Origin: Asterias rubens
Taxonomy: Eukaryota
Length of the DNA: 64,000 bases
NCBI RefSeq assembly: GCF_902459465.1
Contig: NC_047080.1
Span: 806,001 to 870,000 of the forward strand
Direction of reading: 5' to 3'
Part shown: piece after piece, positions 43,511 through 53,253 of the stretch
How positions within the stretch are numbered: position 1 is the stretch's first letter
How the letters are laid out: every line of letters starts with the position of its first letter
The notes under the pieces: model-generated
The model's database searches: none
What the model saw: only the letters and a program-made list of their open reading frames with translations
What the model was told of the DNA's origin: nothing
Made by a program: the position numbers and the translations under genes

Positions 43511-46500
43511 ATGGCTGAAGCTTCATGCATAGACAGATGGATTGATATCGTAAAAGGCTGCAAATATCTGCCAGAATACGACTTTAAGGTAGAATATTTT
43601 GCTTTGGGATTGTAAGGGATAAACCAGAGAATAGATATAATTGATTTAATGGCCCTGGGATATGTGTATAAGTCTCAGTTAATTATACTTTCTGACACAA
43701 ATTCTGATGAGTAATTTTTCTACACACACAGGGCATACACAAGGGGGGGGGGGGAGGGCAGGACAATGTGTCAGCTAGCTCAGTGTGTGTGAGTCATCTA
43801 AGTTAAGACACGCCCCCTCCCCAAAAAGTGGGAAAATATAAATTGGCTTCTAATAAGCTTAGTTCTATAAAAATCCCTTGACCAGTAGGGTGACTAACCT
43901 TGTCCTCCCCAAACAATATCTCTATTATTTAGGGCCACATTACATATTTTTCCTCACCAAGGTCGCAAGGATCTATTTTATTGAAACAGAATTAGAAAGC
44001 AGCGGTACAGCAGTCTGGTGGTGGTGGGGGGGGGGGGGGGGGGGGAGGGGGGAGGGGGAGGGGGGAGGGGGAGGGGGGAGGTGTTAACTGAGACGTAGTC
44101 TATCTGAGTGATAGTTTTGAAAGACTCACTGATTCACTCTTAGTCTTATTATAAACCTGAAATCAAAAGAACTGATTAAGGTTTCTTTAATTAAATTGAA
44201 TTGTTTTTTTTCCCCCCAGAAATTATGTGAGCATGTGTGTGAGATACTTCTAGAGGAGAGTAATGTCCAGCCTGTATCAACACCAGTCACAGTGTGTGGC
44301 GACATCCATGGACAGGTATTATTCCACATAATAGTCACAGTGTGTGGCGACATCCATGGACAGGTATTATTCCACATAATAGTCACAGTGTGTGGCGACA
44401 TCCATGGACAGGTATTATTCCACATAATTGTTTGCCAACTGGCTGACAATGTTTAGTCGATTTCCAGCTGAACCAGGGCTCTCAAGGCAGGTCAGGGGTG
44501 GATTTCACAAAGATAGTCCTCGCTTAGGACTAGTCCTAGGAGTTGTTAAAAACTTAAGGCTAATCCTGAGTTGAGATAAGACTAGTCTGAATTCTTTGTG
44601 AAATCCACTCCAGGAATTACAAGGAGATCGCGGAGGCCATGGCTTGTTGCCCTGGTCTTGGCCTTGGTCCTTGGTTCCCAAAAACTTTAAGATTTTCCAA
44701 TGAGTGCACTTTGAAAAATTAGAATGGTCTTGCCCTCCCTGGATAACTTCTGACAGAGTGAACAAAAGAGAGAGACCTGTGTTACTGTGTACAATTTCTG
44801 CGATTGGGATTTTTGAATTAGTTTACTCTTTGTTTTTCTGGAGACCGGTAGAAATTTAAACAGCATTTTCCTTTTTTCCTCTCTAATATAGTTCTATGAT
44901 ATGGAAGAATTGTTCAGAACTGGTGGCCAGGTTCCGGACACCAACTATGTGTTCATGGTGAGTATTTATTACCAACAATACTGTATCTTTCAAAAGTTTA
45001 GGGTTTGACCTAAGGTTTTGAAAATGTTGTTGCCATAGCATGTTTTCCACCCCTTAATGGGGATGCTGAACTGGGATGCATGGAAGACGACCATCAGAGT
45101 TTCCAGAGAATGCGTTGGCTGAAGACATCCTCTCGCTCAACTGACTGACTGACCACCAGGGCCTAGACCTAAGAACTGGGGCGATGTACTCTCTTTTTTC
45201 AAAAATTGTTCATTATCAGTCGTACTTGTATGAACAATGTCAAACTTTCGAAAAAAGGAGTACAGTGCCCCAGTTACTGGGTCAAACCAGGGCCCAATTC
45301 ACAGAGCTGCGCTTAGCTCAAGATATTGCTTAGCAATTTGCTGCTCGGCAGGCTACCAGCCACAAATTGAACATGTGACATGATATTTAAGCACAATTTC
45401 TGTTTACTTACTATTTTTATGTTAAGCAGCTCTGGAAATGGGTCCAGCTTATCATGATCCCTCCATGCAATCTTGTCAAGTCTTTAAAAATAATTTGTTC
45501 CTCCCTAGGGTGACTTTGTTGACAGGGGTTACTACAGTTTAGAAACCTTCACCAGGTTACTGACACTTAAAGCCAAGTGGCCAGATCGCATCACGCTTCT
45601 CCGTGGCAACCATGAAACCAGACAGATAACGCAAGTTTATGGATTCTATGGTAAGAACTTTTGTAGATTGCTGATGTTGAAAAAATATCTTTAAACCCTC
45701 CAAATGGGCTGACTAAACTTTTATCATTTTCTTCATGATGTGCTGATGTCACTATTTCTGCAACAAGCTCTTCTTAGTTGGTGTGCAATTCAAGCTGCTA
45801 TCTTGAAATACCTAAATTGTGTACAATTCTCACACTAACTATTGCAGATTCCTTAAAAAGGAAATTCAATGCCTGGGTTATTGTTGCTTATCATTTATGG
45901 TACAGTTTTTCCTCAAACATAACAATCCGAATAGTCTCTGGAGAATTGTTTAAGAATGTTTGCCATATTGAATCATGATTTTCATTCCTCCATTTCATTC
46001 TGAATTGTACCTCACATAAGTACAGTTTTCTTGTTTCAGCAAAATAAAAAAGAATGCGTCTGGACTCACACCAAAATAAATTGGTTTTCATTCCACATTT
46101 ACGAACGTTTTCAATATATCAACGTTTTTACTGGACATAGAAATAAAAATGTAAATGACTTCACGACCATCTACTGTCCTCATATAGGCATAAAACACTG
46201 CCTGTTCAAACTCGTTTACGTCTTTGACCTGTGGATGTTTGCAAGTTTAATCCACTTTACTTTAAAACAATGAGTTTAATCCATTCTGAGGTGCTTCGCT
46301 CCTGTGATAGATTAAGCAGATTAACGATGGCTAACAAAGCAAACAAAATTAAAGCAAAATTAAGCCTGGAATTACTGAGACTCTCAGAGGTCACCAAGTC
46401 CTTGACCTCTTTGGCCCCGATCTTGGCTTTGGTGCCCCCTCATAAGCCGCCCATAGACTTTAAGATTTTCCAAACGCCTTGCAATATGAAAATAGCTTTA

Positions 46501-49292
46501 ACCAGGCCTGACATATCCCAAAAATAAACAAACCTTTGAGGTAACCAGCGCTAAACTGCAGCGTGCTTTTAAGGACCTAAAATATTTTCAGGAAAAGTTG
46601 AAAGGCGGCTAGATGAAATTGTGCTATTCTCTCTTCCATGCCATGCATTGCCATAAACCATTGGGTCATCAATCATCATTTTGAAGTGTGGAATCATTCA
46701 ACTATGCTGCACTGCATGCTAGCCAGGTAAGATCATTCTTTGACATTTGTCTGCTCATTGTTTTGCATTTCTTCTGAAAAACAATTTTCCATTACCATGA
46801 TTCTACATGTTTGGCAAATCCTTTCTGTTCTAACTATCTTGATTTCTAGATGCAGTGGTTCAATTGCTTGTTTAACTTTCATGAATCATTTATTTATGCG
46901 AGATGGTCAATTCATTTTAAATTAACTTAATCAAGAACATTCTTCATCACTTATAAGTGATGAAGAATGTTTTTGATTTCTGATGTAGGGCCAAAAACCA
47001 AATGACATTCTAAGGTTAATCTTTGTTTAATTGTTAATTTCTAACATGAATAAAGATGAATTACTACAACAAAATAATGTCCATGAATTTTACATATTTC
47101 CAAAATTGTTTTAAACCATTACAAATTTTCAGATTTTAACTGGAATATGGAATGCACTATATACATGTACTTAGGTTTTTGAATAATTTGTTTTCTTTCA
47201 GATGAGTGCCAGACTAAATATGGGAATGCAAATGCGTGGAGATACTGCACAATGGTCTTTGACCTCCTTACAGTAGCTGCTGTAAGTATGAAGTCCAAGT
47301 CCCTTGCATATTTAAATTAATTGGAGAGTTTTGGCCTCTAGGTGGCAGCAGACAATGTTGGTCGTAGACAACTTCACAAAATACTGGGAACTAGTGCATT
47401 AGCCATTGAATGAGGTGCATGCTGATCTAGTTAGAGACCAAAGTTTGCATTAACAAGGCCAGCATGCACTTCATCCCTGGGCTAACTCCCATTTCTGTGT
47501 ATGTGAAGTTATTTTTTAATGAACTGGCCGCGATTCTGAGGTTGTCCCTTAAGTCTACTGCCACATATTGTCCAAAAAAGTATCTTATAAAATTTTCTTA
47601 ATCCTTCATCTCCAACTCCTCCTTGACCGGTCCCCAAAGAAGGCGGGGCTTGGTAGGGGCGGGAAAGGTTTTAAGAGTCCCCTACCTATCTAGGCCCTGC
47701 TGCTCTTCCATTTGTCTTTACTTTTGTAGAAGTTAGAAACAAATCTAAACTGAATTATAGAGATAAGGCAAAAATGATCCACCTTAATCAGAGTCGGGAC
47801 CGGGTAAAAAACCTCTTCTCAGTTTTCAAGGTCACAATGAGATTTCTAGCAGTAACTTTGCATCTTTTTTCTGTTTTCTTAGATCATTGATGAGCAGATA
47901 TTCTGTGTACACGGTGGATTATCTCCAGATATAAACACATTGGATCAGATCAGGACGATTGAAAGAGCTCAAGAAATCCCGCACAAAGGACCATTTTGTG
48001 ATATCCTTGCAATACATCACCCTGATCAGGGCCAGATTTCATGTCTCTGCCTACCACAGAATTATTCTCTTAGGCCCATGTAAAGTACTAGCTTCTATGG
48101 AACATAATAAATGTGCAGAATTTTGCAGTAAGCAGAGCCATGAAATTGGGCCTTATCTAATTAAATTGCAGCTTGTTTTCCTGCTGTCCATTTTTCAAGT
48201 ATCATGAAGCAATTTTAAAAGCAGAAATTATTCCTGAGAACATTTATTTTCCAGTGGAAAGAGGCATATCGTGACATTTCATTGGTAACGTGTTCCTGCT
48301 AAGCAAGATTTTTTCTATGCTAAGGACCAAATGAGCTGCTTAAACAGGTATCACTTTTAAGGAGTGAAGTTGTTTCCCTTAACTGACACACATCTTGTCT
48401 GGTCCGACCCTGAAGATGTTGATACCTGGGCTATAAGCCAACGTGGAGCAGGATGGCTGTTTGGTGCTAAGGTGGTCAGTAAGGTAACTTCACTCAGACC
48501 TTCTTATTCCACAGCGTTATTAAAAATATCCTCAAACCCTAAGTTAATGATTTCTACATGTATACGATTTCCAATTTTTTACACCATGTACACAGGCCTA
48601 GATTTTCAACTCAAAAACGGCAAGGCCATTTTAATTTTGTAGAGAGTACTTCCATTGGGAATCTTTTAAGTCTATGACAACTTTTTGAAGGTGCACCAAG
48701 GCCAAGAGCAGGGCAACAAAGGCCTTGGCCTCTGTAGTCTCCGTGTATATCCGGGCCTGGGGTCGATTTCTTAAAGAGTTAGGCTAGTCCTCGGAGATAT
48801 CAAAAACGTATGGCTAGTCCTAAGTTAGGACCCGTAACTCGTCCTAACTCGAGATAAGACTAGTCCTAACTCTTTGTGAAATCCACCCTGGATACGTTTG
48901 AGATATTTTCAAATTAACTGAATGTGTTTTTGGCGAACTACTTCTCAAAAACTGATTTGCATTCATGACATGAAAAATTGTAAAGAGAAGGCCTTCTCTT
49001 TTCTTTCCCTTTTGTAACTAGCTTGAACTTTCTTTATTTTTAGTTTGAACATGTCAACAATCTGTCCTTGATTTGCCGTGCTCATCAGATAGTTCATGAA
49101 GGCTACAAATACATGTTTGATGATCAGATAGTCACAGTATGGTCTGCTCCTAACTACTGCTACCGATGCGGCAACATCGCTTCCATCTTAGAATTCAAAG
49201 ATGCAGACACAAGAGAAGCTAAACTCTTCCGAGCAGTCCCCGATAGCGAGAGGGTTATACCAGTAAGAGCGACTGTTCCTTATTTCCTGTGA
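43511..49292 (+). CDS. PPP6C: PP6 catalytic subunit paralog, diverged copy (PPP6C-b), 8 exons, 306 aa
   Basis: Exons 43511-43588, 44220-44315, 44892-44957, 45509-45650, 47202-47281, 47883-48000, 48392-48483 and 49044-49292 total 921 nt in an open frame. The catalytic motifs GDIHG, GDFVDRG, RGNHE, HGG, RAHQ and SAPNYC are intact, and the protein ends ...RATVPYFL*. Confidence 0.9.
44286..44429 (+). repeat. 48-bp tandem triplication spanning the PPP6C-b exon 2/intron 2 junction
   Basis: GTCACAGTGTGTGGCGACATCCATGGACAG|GTATTATTCCACATAATA occurs three times (44286, 44334, 44382). Confidence 0.95.
44495..44611. mobile_element. MITE (GGGGTGGATTTCACAAAG...CTTTGTGAAATCCACTCC)
   Basis: 18-bp TIR. Relatives occur at about 48757-48890 and 21630-21800. 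Confidence 0.7.
48001..48391 (+). other. U12-type AT-AC intron in PPP6C-b
   Basis: The 5' end is ATATCCTTG, the branch site TTCCCTTAAC lies at about 48374-48383 and the 3' end is ...ACAC. No GT/AG alternative restores the frame GPFC-D-LVWSDP. Confidence 0.9.
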
Positions 49293-49755
49293 TGAGAAAG
49301 TAGACTAATGAACTGGAATGAGTATTGTGAAATAACTGAGGATCTGAGTAATGTGTTCTTAATAATTACTACTAGTCTTTGTTTCAAGACGGTAATACCA
49401 GTAAGAACGAATGTTCCTTATTTTCTCTGATGGCGGCGTAGACTAATGAACCGGAATGAGTATTGTGAAATAACTGAGGATCTGAGTAAGGTGTTCTTAA
49501 CAATTACTACTAGTCTTTGTTTCAAGACGGTAATACCAGTAAGAACGAATGTTCCTTATTTTCTCTGATGGCGGCGTAGACTAATGAACTGGAATGAATA
49601 TTGTGAAATAACTTGAAGATATGAGTGAGGTGTTCTTGTTGATTTCTCTTCTTGGTTTCAAGACTGGTAATACTAGTAAGAGCGACTGTTCCTTATTTCC
49701 TTTGATGGTAGCATAGACTTTTTAACTGGAATGACTACTGTGAAATAACTTGAAC
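49257..49755 (+). repeat. 138-bp tandem array (about 3.6 copies) starting in the last codons of PPP6C-b
   Basis: Unit starts ATACCAGTAAG at 49257, 49395, 49533 and about 49670. Each copy carries a copy of the C-terminal codons and the TGA. Confidence 0.9.
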
Positions 49756-49884
49756 GTATTTTACAATTGACTTTGGTACTTAAATAAAAAACAAAACATG
49801 TTCAGTTGATAAACGTTTATTTTCTCATCATAAAAAATAATGCAATTTACAAGCAGATCTTGATTAGAATACTTTTAAATGTTT

Positions 49885-50031
49885 CAGGCCTGGAATTACA
49901 CAGAGACCATGGTGGCCTCCTTTGCCCTGGCCTTGGTGCCCCTGCAAAGATTTACCAAAGACATTAAGATCCTCCATTGAAGTGCAAAATAAAAATGACC
50001 TTGCCCTCCCAAATATGTAATTCCAGGCCTG
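49885..50031. mobile_element. MITE (CAGGCCTGGAATTACA...TGTAATTCCAGGCCTG), abundant GGGCA-rich family
   Basis: Perfect 16-bp TIR. Degenerate relatives occur at about 11560-11670, 22990-23080, 44612-44740, 46390-46510 and 50740-50900. Confidence 0.7.
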
Positions 50032-51104
50032 TGGTTTCAAGAAATGTTTTGAAGCTTCAGGTACCTTTAAACTGACCGAAAAACATTCAGTTCATAAAAC
50101 TCTCGCAATGAAGTACGTTTATTATGGTTAACTAATTTACACCTAGTATAAATGTACTATTTTGTTTGCAGGTAAACAACTTTTCAGCTACTTTCCTGTT
50201 TTGGATTTATCAGCTCTGCCATTGAAAAATGAAAAACAGTTCAAAGACTTGTTTTGCTTTGCACTTTTTGCTTCCACAAACTGCAGTTGCATGCCTGGAC
50301 ATTTTTCAACATAATTATTTTGGAATCGGGTTGACAACTCAACTAGGTTGCTTCAAATATTTAAATATTGTTGAAAGTGAAAATACATTAACGGTAAGAT
50401 TTAAATTGGTGTTTTTGTTCACATTGTAAATCTCTTATGATTCACATCAGGCAGAGGCATTTTGTGTTAAAAATAATTAACAAATTCAAATATTAAATGT
50501 GATGCTGCATTTCATGAATAAATAAACACTTGATAATTATTAGACATGTGCTGTTTTATTTACTAAGTGCATGAGGTTTGACCATTTTTATTCAAGGTAT
50601 TCAGCTTCAGAACAATACATCTAGCAAAAACCTGTACAAGAAAAAAACACCTTTCTGAAACAATTTTTCTTTGTTTTATTTGTCACTGAGAGTATTGAAA
50701 ATACCATGGTGCCAGTTAAAATAACCAATTGTATCAGCAGGCCTAATACTTCACAGAGGCAATTTCCTCCGTTGCCCCTGGCCATGCATTGCATTGGTGC
50801 CCCTTTAAATGTTCCAATATATATGTACAATTTCCTGATAGAGGTGCCCTACTGGAAGGAGAAAACACATCAGTCCCCTTGCCCTTTCAAAAACGAAGCA
50901 TCAGACCTGCTTAAATTAATGTTGCTAGCATTGATGACTTTTCTAGATAGTCTTTGGAATACATGGATTTAATTAGTTGTGAAAAGTCTAACAGAATCCC
51001 TCGAAATATTAACTGTTGAGATTAAAGCTGTTAAAACTTTCACCAGCCCTAAATATTTAAAAGATTAAACAAATATAAGTTCCTGATTTAAAGTCTTAAT
51101 TTCT

Positions 51105-53253
51105 TTAAGAATAGTCCTTATCTTTGAGAAGCAGTTTACCCTTCTTTTGAAGTCGCTTAACTTTCTTGGCTGTGCGAGCATCCGTCCTGCCTCTGAGATT
51201 TGTCTTTCTCTTCTTCTGTCGATCGGCCTTCAATTGTGTCGTCTTCTCCTCTCTCTCTGTCCATTTCTTCTCACTATGCTTCTTCTTCTCCTTCTTCTTG
51301 CGTATGGATTTCTTAAGAAGCTCAGGATCGTCTCTAACTGTCTTACCCTCAGCTCTGTCCAATGCGGCTTTCCACTTATCCTGTTTGATCATCTCCTCGG
51401 CTTTATCGGGATTACTCTTCTTGACTTCTGCAATCTTCTGCTTCTTGGCTTGCACCTTCTTAAGAAGTCCTTCATAGTCACGCCCACTCAGATTCTCCTC
51501 ACCGCTTTTGCGTTTCTTCTTTTTCTTGGTCTTCTTAGATTTATTTTCCTCAAAGTCAAACTTACTGAAAGTTACTTTTAGTGGCTTACTCTGTTCTTGC
51601 TCTTGAGTATCCCCCTCATGTACCTCGTTCCCGTCCTGCTTTTCCCCGCCTCCATTTTGTGTCCTCTTCGCTTCCTTATCTTTCCTCTTCTCATCCCTAG
51701 TTGCTTTAATAGCATCATATCTTTCTTGTTTCTTCTTCTTCTTCTCATTTACTTCTTTCATCTTCCTGGAGGCTTTCTTTGACATAATGTTCCCTTCTAG
51801 TGATTTAGCCTGTCTTTTGTCACGTAACTGTTGTATTTTCTCCTGCACCTTTTTTCTAAGGTCATCTAAGCTTGCGCTACTTTGAATTCTTTCTACACTG
51901 ACTGGCTGAGCAGGTTTAAGTTGGGTCCATTCTTTGCCATCTGTTCAGCGAAAAGAAGGTAGAAGGAGAAAAGGGGAAACATGAAATTTAATTGAATGGT
52001 GTATTCGTCAAGTATATAAAGCTAAAGAAATTTGCAGCAAAATTTGTGTCAATAATTCTAATAGAACTGGGTTCCTATAAAGCACTTTACCACACCCCTG
52101 AGGTTATCAAAGCACTCATTGTTGTTTCCAGAAGTAGTGAAACAGCTATGTTTTGGATCCAAGTCCCATCTTATTAATGAAGCAGTAATGGTCAAGAGCA
52201 GTCTTGCTTAAGGACACATGTGTCAAGACCGGGACTCCAAAGGACACATGTGTCAAGACCGGGACTCCAAAGGACACATGTGTCAAGACCGGGACTCCAA
52301 AGGACACATGTGTCAAGACCGGGACTCCAACCCATGGTCAGCTGATCAGAAACACCAAAGCTTGAGACAAGCGCACTTAAAAGCTCAACCACGACACACC
52401 ACATATTGTGTTGGTAATTTGCACAAATTACTTGGGTTTTAACTTACCACTTTCTCCCATGCCTTGGAATCCTCCATCAACCTCCTCCATTTCATCCCCA
52501 CTGCTCTCCTCATCCTTAGCAGATACAACTTTCTTCTCCTCTTCCGCCTCCTCCATCTTCATCTTCTCCTTCTGTCTCTTTTCTCTCTCCTCTTGTTTCT
52601 TGACGAGTGCATCTTGGAGGTCAGTCACTGTCAGCTCCTGCTGGGCATCTGGGTCCATCCTCTGTTTCTTCCTGCTCGTTTTTGTCGTCTTTTCCTTCAG
52701 CTCTTGTCTTGGTGCTTCCTCTAAATTAAACAGGAAAACAAACAAAAAATCATTTAAAAACAGGCTTTTAATGTATTTTCATGATCAGGCCTTTAACTTC
52801 GCTCTTAAGGCGCACAGCAACCTCTGGTTAGGGGGAAATTGTGAAATTGTTAGTTGTATTGGAACCTTGCAGAAGGCACCACAGGAACCACTACAATTGA
52901 TGTGGGTTATTTCGAGGCATGCATGATCTTCTAAAGAATGAAATTGATAAGTCTGGACAGTTAGTTGTGTTGCGGGAAATAATGGCAGGTTTCAAGGTAT
53001 CGCTGCAAAGCCAAGATAAGCAATGTAGACACCATAAAATATCAGACATTTGTTACTTTGTAAAATGTTTGAGTTGTTGAAACCAACCTTTCATATTCTT
53101 AAAGAATTTCTCCCCTGCCTTCTTAGCTCCCTTCTCGAGGTAGTACTTGGCTGGGATGAGGTTGACCATCCTCTTGAAGTATTCATTCTTCTCCTTCAGG
53201 CTCTTCCGGAGGGCGCTGTCATCCCCCATTGTGTCAATGTGGTTATTTGTCAT
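51105..53253 (-). CDS. SURF6: Surfeit locus protein 6 (nucleolar, RRP14/SURF6 domains), 3 coding exons
   Basis: N-terminal LKEKNEYFKRMVNLIPAKYY (RRP14-like). The C-terminal SURF6 domain includes FSKFDF, KWKAALDRAEGKTVRDDPELLKKSIRKKKEKKKHSEKKWTER. Exons about 53253(or 53229)-53088, 52720-52448 and 51940-51105. The start codon choice is uncertain. Confidence 0.88.
52185..52400 (-). mobile_element. tRNA-derived SINE with an internal 30-bp unit repeated four times
   Basis: The minus strand reads GTGTCGTGGTTGAGC...TGGTGTTTCTGATCAG...GGGTTGGAGTCCCGGTCTTGACACATGTGTCC. The 30-bp unit is at 52211, 52241, 52271 and 52301. Confidence 0.7.

Noticed and set aside
51147-52926. Plus-strand Leu/Phe/Ser-rich ORFs opposite SURF6
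   Set aside because: They are antisense shadows of Lys/Glu-rich coding sequence.
40122-53253. PPP6C-SURF6 linkage as conserved synteny with human 9q33-34
   Set aside because: The human genes are megabases apart, which is too weak to call microsynteny without a wider comparison.
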